DNA of 63,722 nucleotides, counting the filler, from Octopus bimaculoides (taxonomy: Eukaryota), in the NCBI RefSeq assembly GCF_001194135.2. It is 4 parts of 4 records of this genome, joined end to end, with 100 filler letters (N's around TTAATTAATTAA, not from the genome) between each part and the next. Parts side by side here need not be neighbours in the genome. Positions count along the whole stretch, not along the records: positions 14,490 to 46,343 come from NC_068996.1; 3 more parts are not named here. The stretch is one strand, 5' to 3'. Numbering within the stretch: position 1 is the stretch's first letter; each line of letters starts with the position of its first letter. The position numbers and the translations under genes are program-made. The notes under the pieces are model-generated. The model worked only from the letters and a program-made list of their open reading frames with translations, had not been told where the DNA came from and ran no database searches. Below are positions 23,407 through 35,994 of the stretch, one piece after another.

Positions 23407-26400
23407 GTTACTTTACTTCAGTTTATGAGAAACAGGAGTTTCCGAAGAAACTCTGGTTGTAACAGTAAAAATGAAGCTGGACCTTTAAGGGAAGGCCTGT
23501 TGTTCAGCAGTGGTTCAGTAAAGATGCAGACTGACTACAGTTGTTATCCTAATACAGCATCAGCAGATAATAGAGCAAAGAAGAGGAAGTGGATGAGTGA
23601 AGAAAACAGAGTTGTGATGCAGTGCTACTTAGAAAGTGAACCTAAAACGGATGTTCACACTTTGGATAGAGAGAGGTATCTTTAAAGTGACTGAGCAGAG
23701 ATTAGTTGATGAAGCTAATGCTATTAGGAGAAAAAAGTGGATGACAGAATTGGAGGTAGAAGAGATCACAAGAGAACTGGAAAAGAAAGACCAGGCAGTA
23801 GGAAAGAGATACAGCTCAAACCAAAGAAGAACCTAAAGGAAAAAATAATAATAGCACTACCAACAAGGAAGGGACAACTAGCACCACCGACTTAAGTGAT
23901 TTAAGTGAGGAAGATCAGAAGATTTTAGATGAGTTGCAGGAAATAATGAGTAAAGAAGTAAGAACAAAATTGCCAGCATTAAAAGGGACCAACAGAAGGA
24001 AGCTGCTAGAAATGACTAGGAAAGTAGAATCTGTTGTCAGCAGAATAGATACTAAAAATATAGAAGACACTAACTTATTGATCTTTGCAGGAGGGGTAGT
24101 AGTTGTCAGAAGATTAGATATCTAACAGGTAAAGGTTAAAAAAGAGGAAATGTGGAAAAGGAGACTACAAAATAAGGTGAAGACTTTAAGATAAGATCTG
24201 AGTAGAATAGAAACCTGGAAACTGAACAAGTTAGGCAACACAAGATGCAAATCTTCACTCTTAGTCAAAGAGAAATGATTTGGGACAGTAATAGAAGAGT
24301 TGAAACAGCATAGCATAGCAGGCAAGCTCTTCAGATATCAGAAAAGAATAGATCGGTACCAACAGAATAGATTATTTGAGACAGACTAGAGGAGGTTTTA
24401 TAACCAAATAAATAGTGGAGAATGAAGTATTGAAGATGAGAAACCTAACGCAGAAGATACTAGAAAGTTCTGGAGTAATATTTGGGATAAGCCAGTCAAT
24501 CATGATGAAGATGCAGTTAAAGAAATTGAGGGAAGAAGCAGCCAGATCTAAGACTAACTAGTGCATTAATGAGTAAAGTGTTAGGAAAAATGCTGAATTG
24601 GAAGGGCCCAGGACCAGATTTAGTTCAAAGGTACAGGCTAAAGAAATTTAGTAGTTTACATGGGAGGCTGAGGAAACAACTTAAGGGTTGCCTTAATGGA
24701 GGAATAATACCAGATTGGATGACTAGAGGGAGGACAATGCTCATTAAGAAAGATAAGAGCATGGGTAATACAGCTAGCAACTTTAGAGCAATCACTTGCT
24801 TACCGTTAATGTGGAAGCTGTTAACAGGAATGCTTTTAGAAAGCTTTTACAAGCACCTTAACAACCAGAATTTACTGCCAAAAGAACAGAAAGCTTGCAG
24901 GAAGAAGGCTAGAGGAATGCATGATCTATTATATATAGACAAAGCAGTTCTAAATAAAGCAAAAGCTAGAAAGAAAAATCTAACAATAGCATGGATAGAT
25001 TATAAGAAAGCCTATGACAGCGTCCCACACTCATGGATAAGTGAATATTTGAGAATGTTCAGTATAGCAGACAATGTAAGATAATTATTAGCTTCAGCAT
25101 GAAGAAATGGAAAGCAGATCTCTACTCAGGTGACACACTCTTAGGGAAAGCTAATATCAAAAGAATATCAAAAGAGGAATTTTCCAAGGTGACTTGTTGT
25201 CCCCTTTGATATTTGTCATATTTGATCGCTCTCAGTTTAGTACTAAGGAAGGCAAAAGCAAGGTATCAGTTCAGAAATAGTAAAGGAAAAATTAACCATT
25301 TGCATTACATGTATGATCTGAAGTTTTTTAGTGAGAATAGAAAAGAGATAGATTCTTTAATACAGACTGTGAGACTCTTCAGCAAAAAGCACGGAATTTG
25401 GCATAGATAAGTGTGCAATATTAGTCATGAGAAGGGAACCAGTAGTCAACAGCAAAGGCATCATTGAAAGAGGAGAGAGTTATAAGTATCTAGGAGTATT
25501 AGAATCTGACAGAGTACTAACTATAGAAATGAAACTGAAGAAAATTGAGGAGTACATCAGAAGGGTAAGGAAGCTAATGAAGTCAAAGCTAAATGGTCCG
25601 AATCTAGTGAAGGCTGTAAAAACTTGGGCAGTACCATTACTTAGATACTCAGCAGCTTTTGTAGATTGGACAAAAACTGAATTAGCAAAGCTAGACAGAA
25701 GAACTAATGAGAAATTCAATATGAATGGAAGACTCCATCCAAGATCAGGATTAGCAAGATTATATTTACCTAGAAAGTGGAGTTAGGTAGAGTAGATATA
25801 GACACCTATGTAAGTAATAGTGAAGAACGTTTGTTAAAAGCTGCTAGAGTCACAGCAAGACATAGGGAAACCAAAAAACCCAAACTAAGTTTAAAACCAG
25901 TAAAAATTATCTTACTAGCAGGAGAAGGCATTGCATAGTAGATTCCCAAAGATAGTCGCAGCAAATGGTTGTAGTGAGATATGGTTATGTTTGCAGAAAG
26001 GAAAGCTGAAAAGGGAGACAGAAAGTTTGCTAGTAGTAGCACATGATCAAGCATTAAGAACTAATTGGATAAAAGCCAAGATAGATAAAAATCAAGTAGA
26101 TTTCCAATGTAGATTATGCAAATCAAAAGAGGAAAGTGTTACTCATATAGTAAGTAAATGTAGCATGCTGGCATGGAAAGAATACAAGAAAAGACATGAC
26201 AATCTAGGGAGAGTAATCTAATGGGAGTTATGTGGAAAGCTAGGATTTGAATATTTCGATAAATGGTATGAACATGAACCTAGTAAAGTACTAGAAAGTA
26301 AGAAATATAAGATGTTGTGGGACTTAAACATTCAGATTGACAGAGTAATATAAGTTAGAAGGTTTGATTTAGTAGTAGTAGACAAAGAGAATAGAAAGTG

Positions 26401-26745
26401 GCAGATAATTGACTTTATGGTCCCTAATGATGAAAATATCAATATGAGAGGTATAGAAAAAATAGCAAAGTACCAGGATCTAACCATTGAATTACAGAGA
26501 CTATAGAAAGTTCAGGTAAAATGTATCCTAGTAGTTATAGGTGCACTGGGAACTATCCCTAAAGATTTAAACAGATGGATAGAGGAAATAAGCATAAAAC
26601 CCAGTTTAATACAGCTCCAGAAAACAGTGTTATTAGGAGCAGCTGGAATACTTAGGAGGTTTCTTGGCATCTAAGGTTACTTGTAGCCTGATGTTAGGAT
26701 ATTTTCTTTTCCAACAGTCTAATCTGTCTATGTATATGAATATAA
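23407..26745 (+). mobile_element. Near full-length decayed R4/Dong-clade non-LTR retrotransposon
   Basis: N-terminal KRKWMSEENRVVMQCY...TEQRLVDEANAIRRKKWMTELE. RT motifs AWIDYKKAYDSVPHSW, GIFQGDLLSPL, NHLHYMYDLK. Zinc knuckle CRLCKSKEESVTHIVSKC. REL motifs RHD, RxD, KYQDL. Many stops and frameshifts. (TAA)n on both sides. Confidence 0.95.
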
Positions 26746-26756
26746 TAATAATAATA

Positions 26757-26965
26757 GTAGACAAATGGCTGAAGGAGATTGAAATAGAATGTCCATTAGA
26801 GCTCCTACAGAAAGTTTGTCTCTTAGGGGCAGCAAAGATTATTAGGAGGGTTCTAAGCACTTGAAAGACTGCTGAAGACTGTGGATACTTATGGTTACAG
26901 GCAGTAACCTGCTACCTGCATAAATCCTACCAGGAATAAGACCAAACCTGAGCCAAACCAAAATA
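26757..26965 (+). mobile_element. Dong-like 3' fragment duplicating 23207-23395
   Basis: gacaaatggctgaaggagattgaaatagaatg...ccaaacctgag.caaaccaaaataataat occurs on both sides of the 23.4-26.7 kb element. Confidence 0.85.
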
Positions 26966-26999
26966 ATAATAGTGAATAAAGGAATGAATGCTACAGAGT

Positions 27000-27700
27000 T
27001 AAGGGAAATCTCTGTTATTGAGAGATGGAAGGTGTAAGGTACCATATTTAGACTGAGAGTGTGGCAACAAACTAATTTCTCAATGTTTGAGAAAGAAAAG
27101 CATAAGGGACACCATCAAAACATTGGTGATGATATCATAGTCACTTTTGTGGTACAGCTGGTCAGTACTAATATAACTTTCAGCAATATGTGTTCTGATG
27201 GGATCACCACTAACATACAAGTCCTCATGATCTCACAATACCACAAAATAATTCTAGAGACATGCCCTATAGAGAATACTGAGATGCAGGCCCTGGAACT
27301 CAGCATCTAAAGCAGAAAGCCTTCCACACTACACTTATGACTCTAAAAGTCTCATTTACAGGGTTTCTACTCAGAAAGTCTAAAAGAACAAAAACTAAAA
27401 CAGCAACAAACTATGATTGTTACTGATCTTAAGATATTACAAGGCACAGATCTGGAGTTGTTAAAAAAAAAAACTACCCAATCCTCCTCATTGCCAGGAA
27501 CTAATTAAGCAAACCAAAAACTTTGTATCTCAGAAACAACTGGCAAAGACAATGAGCCATACACAGCAATAAATAGAACACTGACAAGAGAATCGCAAGG
27601 AAGTACCCCATCACAGTAACATCACACACTATCCACATAAGATGGGGATCAGTTGGAGACTAGATTGAACTCACAGATCTTTATGAAGAAAAAGAAAAGA
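27000..27700 (+). mobile_element. Possible BEL/Pao LTR-retrotransposon remnant (Gag Cys-His motifs / protease region)
   Basis: Frameshifted LCY...H...C.NK...KH..HH and later PILLIARN...GKDNEPY-like segments. Heavily decayed. Confidence 0.4.
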
Positions 27701-28437
27701 AAACCAACAGAAAACGTTTGTAAAAGGTAATACAAAATAGCAAAGGACACTGCTACACCACCTGGAAGGAAGAATCTACCTGCTCACATTTATACAATGA
27801 TATTCATAATCCTTTGTAGGGCTCACAAGGATCAAATGAAACATCTGTAACATATTATAAAGTGTGGATCAGAAAGGGGATCAAATAGCATAAAAAAGGA
27901 CTGAATCATCATCGTCATCATCATCATTGTTGTCGCCCTCATCAATATCGCTGTCACTGGTGGCAGTATTGTCGTTGTCATCATCATCCTCATCATCATC
28001 ATCATCATCGTCATCGTCGTCGTCGTCGTCGTCGTCATCATCGTCATCGTTGTCGTCATCGTCGTCATCATCATCATCTTCATCATCATCATCATCATCA
28101 TTGTTGTTGTTGTCATTGTTATAGTTATTTTAACATCCAAATTTTCATGTTGGCCAAAGGGAACTTGTTGTTAAGATGGCTGGATGCCCTTTTTGTCACT
28201 AACACTCACTCGTTTCCAAATAAGGTAATATTTTCACATAAACTGATGTTTCTCAGAAGATTGTAAACAAATAAGACCATTTGCATGACAGACATTCGTT
28301 TACAACTATCACGTGTGATAACAAGGCAAGGAGCAGTAACACACACATGCACAAGCAAGCATAGATACATGCACAGATACACATGTGCACGCATGTGCGC
28401 GCACACACACATGCTTACACAGATATATGTGTGTGTA

Positions 28438-28491
<54 letters not shown>

Positions 28492-28653
28492 TATAAAATA
28501 AGCATAAATAGTGGGCTTAATACATTTATTTGTGCCTTATAAGCTTACGGCTGTTTCAGATATGTATTTTGGGTACATTCATGGTTCAATTTAATCAATC
28601 AGTCAATTGATCGATTGAAAATATCTTAAACAACCATTGTAATGCTATCTTTG

Positions 28654-28692
<39 letters not shown>

Positions 28693-28914
28693 NNNNNNNN
28701 NNNNNNNNNNNNNNNNNNNNNNNNNNNNNNNNNNNNNNNNNNNNNNNNNNNNNNNNNNNNNNNNNNNNNNNNNNNNNNNNNNNNNNNNNNNNNNNNNNNN
28801 NNNNNNNNNNNNNNNNNNNNNNNNNNNNNNNNNNGTGTGTGTGTGTGTGTGTATGTGTGAGTGTGTGTGTGTGAGTGTGTGTGTGTATGTGTGTGTGTGT
28901 GTGTATGTGTGTGT

Positions 28915-29070
28915 GTGATAGGCTTCTTTCAGTTTCCATCTACCAAATCTACTCCCGAGGTTTTTGCTCTTAAACCCAGGGCTATTGCACAAGACACTTG
29001 CCCAAGGTATCACATAGCAGGATTGAACTCAAAAGTTTGTGGTTAGAAAGCAAACTTCTTACAACATAAT
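28915..29070 (-). mobile_element. SINE-A 5' half
   Basis: Reverse complement of the SINE-A head (ggcttctttcagtttccatctaccaaatc...aaacttcttacaac). Confidence 0.75.
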
Positions 29071-29584
29071 CATGCTAGAATATTAGTACAAATTGCCGCA
29101 GACATACAAACTGTTACATATCAACAATCCACAGGACATCAGATTGTTATTTATGCTCACTGCAACCCAAGAGGAACTGATGACTTATACTGACCCTTAC
29201 AGATTGGTAGTGCAAAATGGTGAATAGCAGAGGTAGTGATGTTGAGCCTTCAACTTTTGTAGTAAGAGATCACAGCAATGAATTATGTGTAACCTAGTTG
29301 AAGATCAGTCTCTGTCTGGCAGTATACAGGAGATTCTTCTGTAGTTTCTTAATTAATAGTTCTTAATTAATAGTTCTGCAACAAGCTGCATATACTGCTA
29401 CAGATTTCAGTATCCATCAATAAGAAAACTAAGTTATGCTATTATTGTGACCTAAGAAATGCCCTGTTAATGAACTTCTAACCTATTAATGAACTTCTAC
29501 TGATAATTAGAATAAACCACTGTAACCCTAATTGGACAATATAATGCATAGTAAAAGTGACTTCTTTACTGTATACTATCATAA

Positions 29585-30270
29585 TGGCTGTTCGGTAAGA
29601 AGCTTGCTTGGTTCCAGGTTCAGTCCCACTGCATGGCACCTTAGCAAAGGGTCTTCTACTATAGCCTCAGGCACAACCAAAGCCTTGTGAGTGGATTTGG
29701 TAGATGGAAACTGAAAGAAGCCCATTACATGTGTATGTGTGTGTGTGTCTGTGTGTGCGTGCGCATGCATGTGTGTGTGTGTCTGTGTCTGTGTGTTTGC
29801 GTGTGTGTGTGTGTGTGTGTGTGTGTACGTGTTTGTGTACGTGTTTGTGTGTGTGTGTGTGTGTGTGAGCAGGCGCATGTGTGTGTGTGTCTGTGTGTTT
29901 GTGTGTGTGTGTCTGTGTGTTTGTGTGTGTGTGTGAGCAGGCGCATGTGTGTGTGTGTCTGTGTGTTTGTGTGTGTGCATGCACATATGTGTATGTGTGT
30001 GTATGTGTGTACCTGTGTGTCTGTGTATGTGTCTTTGTATATGTGTTTGACACCCCACTACCACCTGACAACAGGTGCTGGTGTGTTCACATTGCTGTAA
30101 CTTAGTGGTTTGACAGAAGTGACCAATAGAATAAGTACTAGGCTTTACAAAAAAAATAATAAATACCAGTTGGGGGTCAATAAGTTCGACTAAAATTCTT
30201 CAGGGCAGTGCCCAAACATGGCCACAGTCAAATGACTAAAATAAGTAGAAGAGAAAAAGATAAAAGATAG
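29585..30270 (+). mobile_element. SINE-A, complete, with an internal (TG)n tract of about 320 bp containing a 68-bp higher-order duplication
   Basis: B box ggttcagtccc; gagcaggcgcatgtgtg... at 29867 and 29935; 3' half at 30050-30265. Confidence 0.85.
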
Positions 30271-30994
30271 TGGCCTACCTGCTACTATCCAGCTATAATT
30301 ACACCATGCAGCCATGTTTGACATTCAAACTCATACATCACCTGGCTCCACTAAACCAGTTACCTCATATGTCAGTCAGTACATAGCATGTCAGTAACTG
30401 TCATCACTGAATTGTCAAATTATACAGATTCTTAACCACCTGACACCAATATGCAGCCTACGCTGCCATTCAGAGCTTATAAGGAATGAACAGCCATCAA
30501 TACTTAGCCCAAAATATTCACTACACTTGAAGTGACCAATGACGGTCTAGATATTATCACTTGAGAAGTCATTCTAAATTTCATTTAAGATCTCTTTATC
30601 CTGAATCTATATACCTGAGAATGTGTGTGTGTGTGTGTGTGTGTATGTGTGTGTATATAAGGATGTGTGTGTGTGTGTACTGTGTACTGTGTCTATGAAA
30701 CTTTAAGTAATATGGAAATGAATTAACCTTTTATCTCTCTCTCTCACGCACACAGACACACACACACACGCACTTATATAACAGTCATATGATGGTTTCC
30801 CTCCATTTGGATGCCATTACTTACCCCACAAATCATGGATTTTTGCCAAAAGAAGAAATCTATACTTCATAAGTTCCTCTGTTGATATTTTGGTCAAACT
30901 GAAACCACGACATATTTCTGTCTTCATTTCACCTTTGATATTTTACACTTTATTTGAAAGTCTTTCTGCTTTTATTGTTGTTGTTGCTGCTGCT

Positions 30995-31225
30995 GCTGTT
31001 GTTGTTATTAAAGCAGTGAGCTGGCAGAATAAGTTACATAAAATGCTTAATGGCAATTCTTCCAACACCATTACTTGCTAAGTTCAAATTTCACCAAAGT
31101 CAAGTCTGTCTTTCATCTGTCCAAGGTCAACTAAATGAATACCAATCAAATACTGGGGGTCAATGTAATTGACTGTCCTCCTTTCCTAAAACTGCTGCCC
31201 TTGTGCCAAAATTTGAAGCAATCAT
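30995..31225 (+). mobile_element. SINE-B
   Basis: gtgagctggcagaat...aagttcaaatttcacc...gcccttgtgccaaa followed by (ATC)/(ATT) repeats. Confidence 0.75.
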
Positions 31226-31253
31226 TATAATCATCATCATCATCATCATCATC

Positions 31254-31316
<63 letters not shown>

Positions 31317-31324
31317 TTGTTGTT

Positions 31325-31622
31325 GCTGTTTTTTTCTTTCTTTCTTTAAATTTTCTTCCATTTCTCACCGATAATGCTCTTCTCAGTACATGAGTCGTTC
31401 CAGTTAACACGATTTTTTGCACTTCCTGTAGGGATGGTAAGCCTGGTATCATTTTCAAATAGGTTTCAGTACCTTTCTTTTCATCATTCCTAGACATCCT
31501 ACAATCACTGGTACGGTAGTCACCTTGAGATGCCATTTTTTTTCAATTTCTATTAGCAAGTCTTTATATTTACGGATCTTGTTAAATTCTTTCACTGCTA
31601 TATTGTGATCGCAAAGAATACT
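31325..31622 (-). mobile_element. Dong-like REL C-terminal fragment between (TAA)n arrays
   Basis: KEFNKIRKYKDLLIEIEK and MIPGLPSLQEVQKIVLTGTTHVLRRALS. Confidence 0.8.
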
Positions 31623-31664
31623 CATGTCAATTAATAAACATTATCATCATCATTATTATTATTA

Positions 31665-31708
<44 letters not shown>

Positions 31709-31726
31709 GTTATTGTTATTATTATA

Positions 31727-31829
<103 letters not shown>

Positions 31830-31830
31830 T

Positions 31831-32043
31831 GTGGCGAGCTGACAGAATCATTAGCATGCTGGACAAAATGCTTAGCAGTATTTCGCCCACCACTCCATTC
31901 TGAGTTCAAATTTTGCTGTGGTCAACTTTGCTCTTCATCCTTTCATGGTTGATGAATTAAATACCAGTGAGACACAAGGGTTGATACAATCGATTAGTCC
32001 TCTCCCCACGAATTTCAGGCCTTGTGCCTATAGTAGAAAGGAT
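31831..32043 (+). mobile_element. SINE-B flanked by (ATT)n on both sides
   Basis: Family head, core and tail. Confidence 0.85.
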
Positions 32044-32048
32044 TATTA

Positions 32049-32086
<38 letters not shown>

Positions 32087-32119
32087 GTTATTATTATTAT
32101 TATCATTATTATTATTATT

Positions 32120-32481
32120 ATTACCTCTGCCTTAGTGAAGGCAGAGGTGTTGTTTTCAGTTGTGTTCGTTTGTTTGTCCGTAGACAAGATATCTCAAGAA
32201 TGGATTTAGATGAAACTTTCAGGAATGTTTGGCTTCATGACTGGCACAAACTGATTAGATTTTGGGATCAATCCAGTAACGGACAAGGATTCTGGATTAT
32301 TTTTCGGTTTTTTTTGTACTTAATTTTTAAGAGCAGTTGGGTTCATTTTTAGCATTCTCATTTGTGAGAGCAGTCAAGTTTATTTCAGATATTCTAATTT
32401 TAAAAATCATCTCTGGCTAATCATTGAGAAGACGTCGGTGTTGCCTTGGCAGAGGATTGCGCTCTCTGAGTGCTCTTGCTA
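32120..32481 (+). mobile_element. Helentron-associated non-autonomous element (HINE-like)
   Basis: 5' palindrome acctctgcctt-agtg-aaggcagaggt (32123-32148), 3' sub-TIR ccttggcagagg (32444-32455), terminal hairpin gcgctctctgagtgc, T-rich insertion site. Confidence 0.75.
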
Positions 32482-32493
32482 TTATTATTATTA

Positions 32494-33090
32494 CTTACTT
32501 TTAATCTGCATATTTGTTACAATCACTTGCTGAGACTCAGCGAGTGAAGGATAAAAGATGTTTCAGTATGACTGAAAGTTTGGGGTGGGGAAGTGGCAGG
32601 GACAGTAGCAAAATATCTTCATGTAATACAATACAGACATGTAAATTGATAAGGTTTTCCTAAGAATGTGGGCAATATTTGTCAACACAATGTTTTGGAT
32701 TTCTCTGAGACATGGTTCTCCTGGGATGTTATCTAGCTGTTTCTTACATCCCTTTTTTATCATACTTAGGGCATCTACAATAACAAGAACAATTCTCCCT
32801 TTAAGATCCCACATCTTTTGTATTTCAATTTCCAGGTCCTTATATTTACTTAATTTGTCAAATTCCTTTACAGATATATTTTTATCAGTGGGAACACTTA
32901 CATCTATAAATCTACAAGTATTATTTTCCCTGTCCTTAATAATTATCTCTAGCTGATTAGCCTGGATTGTTCTGTCAGTGTTGACTGGAAAATCCCAGAG
33001 GAGAGTGACATTTTTACTTTCAACGACTGGCTCAGGATGATGTTCATACCAGTAAGCAAGAGTGCCAATTTTGTAGTGTTTACATATTTT
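32494..33090 (-). mobile_element. Dong-like REL domain fragment, (TAA)n on both sides
   Basis: ORF WYEHHPEPVVESKNVTLLWDFPVNTDRTIQAN...FIDVSVPTDKNISVKEFDKLSKYKDLEIEIQKMW...IVLTNIAHILRKTLS. Confidence 0.9.
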
Positions 33091-33183
33091 CATCATCATT
33101 ATTATTAGTTTTCCATTTTTCCATGCTAACAAAGGTTAGACAAATACATTTTATTCAGGCATTATTTTACAGGCAGGTAACAT

Positions 33184-33393
33184 GGTGAGCTGGCCAAAGC
33201 ATTAGCACACTGGGCAAAATGCTTAGCAGCATTTCATTCATCCTTATATTCTGAGTTCAAATTCCACCGAGGTCAACTTTAGTTTTCATCCTTTTGGAGT
33301 CAATAAGGTTAGTACCAGTTATACACTGGAGTTGATGCAATTGATTGCTCCCCTTCCCCCATAATTTCAGGCCTTGTGCCTATAATGGAAAGA
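33184..33393 (+). mobile_element. SINE-B
   Basis: Family head, core and tail. Confidence 0.8.
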
Positions 33394-34380
33394 TGCTTTA
33401 CCTGCTGATAACCCTTATCTATTTTTCAAGTAAAAGAGTTTTCACTCTGTCCTTGTCCTTTGAAAACGCAGCATTTCTGGATGATTTGTTAACAGAGAAA
33501 TGACAAGAAATATCACAGCCTGTAGCATTTTCATGTGGAGTGCAGACTGAAAATGTTAATACACACACACACTGATACACACACACAAACACATATCTAT
33601 ATGTATGATGCATATGTATATAATCAACCAACCAACCACCAGCCACCCAACCAACCAACCAACCAACCAACCAACCAACCAACCAACCAACCAACCAACC
33701 AACCAGCCAACCAACCAACCATTTACTCATTCCATGGCACTATCTCCCAGCAGTATTGAATGGCAATTTACACCAATAACGATGAAGAATCAATCTAATG
33801 ATGGGTGATGGCATTACATGNNNNNNNNNNNNNNNNNNNNNNNNNNNNNNNNNNNNNNNNNNNNNNNNNNNNNNNNNNNNNNNNNNNNNNNNNNNNNNNN
33901 NNNNNNNNNNNNNNNNNNNNNNNNNNNNNNNNNNNNNNNNNNNNNNNNNNNNNNNNNNNNNNNNNNNNNNNNNNNNNNNNNNNNNNNNNNNNNNNNNNNN
34001 NNNNNNNNNNNNNNNNNNNNNNNNNNNNNNNNNNNNNNNNNNNNNNNNNNNNNNNNNNNNNNNNNNNNNNNNNNNNNNNNNNNNNNNNNNNNNNNNNNNN
34101 NNNNNNNNNNNNNNNNNNNNNNNNNNNNNNNNNNNNNNNNNNNNNNNNNNNNNNNNNNNNNNNNNNNNNNNNNNNNNNNNNNNNNNNNNNNNNNNNNNNN
34201 NNNNNNNNNNNNNNNNNNNNNNNNNNNNNNNNNNNNNNNNNNNNNNNNNNNNNNNNNNNNNNNNNNNNNNNNNNNNNNNNNNNNNNNNNNNNNNNNNNNN
34301 NNNNNNNNNNNNNNNNNNNNNNNNNNNNNNNNNNNNNNNNNNNNNNNNNNNNNNNNNNNNNNNNNNNNNNNNNNNNNNNN

Positions 34381-34438
<58 letters not shown>

Positions 34439-34643
34439 TTTCTTCTCATGCATTTGAAATTCTTGACTGCTGCACAGCCTCAATGTACCCACACTGATTA
34501 CTCCCACCAGTAAATACCAGAAGTCTATTCTTATTCACTGTTTTGATAAGTAACAGCCTCAGTTTTCCACCTCCTGGGACTACCATTGTCTTATCTGTAT
34601 CCCATAGTACACACTCAACATGCCCAACCCTCCACCTCTCTGC

Positions 34644-34678
<35 letters not shown>

Positions 34679-35099
34679 ATCAGGATCCTGAGGTGACTCA
34701 CTTAACAATGATAACACTTGTAACAGCCATAACAACAATCATAACAGTAGTAATTCTAATTGGTAGCAGTAATATACAGCACTTTGGTATTATATGTGAC
34801 AGAGTGCTGGAAAATGAAGAAATGATGGCAAATTAGACGTAATGGCAAACATAAATGTGTATATGAATTGTGTGAATCCTAGGAATGTACTGCACAAATT
34901 TTCTTATTCTTCACAAGTAAAAAAGTTGTCAAACAACCAACAAACGAATTCACCACAGAAAATTCTCCTCCTCCTCTTCCCATCCATTAGTGCAGGAACA
35001 GAATTTTCTTAGAGGGTGCAAGCAACACGAGGATCTTCAAAATGTTTTCAATGCCCCACAAAAATTTTAGTGGGTGGTACTTGCACCCTTTGCACCTCC

Positions 35100-35990
35100 T
35101 GTTCCCAAGCTTATGTTCCTTTCGGTTCCAAAACTTCAGGGCTGCAATCATAAAAGTAGGTGCAATCAAAGGTAAGTCTGGTGAAATTGAGGAGATGCTG
35201 GAACAGAGACATGTGGATGTGTGTTGTGTTCTGTGTGCAAAAGGTAAGATGGAAAGGATCTTCAGCCCAACTCTTCACATACAAGAAATGACAATTCAGA
35301 TTCTTCTGAGTGAGTAAGAGTGAGAAATCGGGCCGTATAGGCATATTGTTGACCAAGAAATGGATAAATTAAGTGAAGTGCATGACAGGATAATTGAGAT
35401 GAGACTAGTTACAGTCAACTCATCAGCAAGTTATTTCTACATGTGGTCCACAAACAAGATAAATAAATGACTAGAAGGACTGCTTTTATGATAACTTGCT
35501 GCAGCTTAGCATAATGACAGTTGACAATGAGCTTCCTTAACATGACTGACAACTTACATGGACATGATGGTTTATATGTCATTTCAAAGACTATAGATAT
35601 GGTTCAAGAAATAAAGAGGGAGTAAGACTCTTAGCATTCTGTGATATAACTGATTTAACAATTTGTAACATGCACTTCATGAAACAGCTAATTACCTCAT
35701 CACCTATCAATCTGGTGGACATGCAAGTCAGATAAATTTCATTCGTACCAGAAATCAGAACAGGCAGATCATTGTAAATTCAAAAAAAAAAAACGTTTTT
35801 AGTGAAGAATGCACTTAGAAAGTTATTTTCCAACATAGATTAGTGATTAGTGACTTCAGAGTCAGAGCTGGGTAGATTCAGAGACAGGAAACGATATGCA
35901 GAAAGAAAACATGGAATTTTTGTACAATATGATTACTATACAGAAAGAGAGTGGAGCAACTGATGAAGGTAACAGAAATGTTTCATGTTA
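35100..35990 (+). mobile_element. RTE-clade LINE APE-endonuclease remnant
   Basis: IKGKSGEIEEMLEQRHVDVCC, GILLTKKW, GSRNKEGVRLLAFCD...ICN..F, LITYQSGGHASQI; fragmented. Confidence 0.8.
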
Positions 35991-35994
35991 ATTA

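Noticed and set aside
30825-30899. Minus exon candidate LTKISTEELMKYRFLLLAKIHDLW(G) with GTAAGT
   Set aside because: Only loosely like the SLC22 pre-TM7 segment, with polar residues where hydrophobic ones are expected; mediocre acceptor.
33402-33547. Minus-strand AG...GT segment
   Set aside because: Stop codons in all three frames before the donor.
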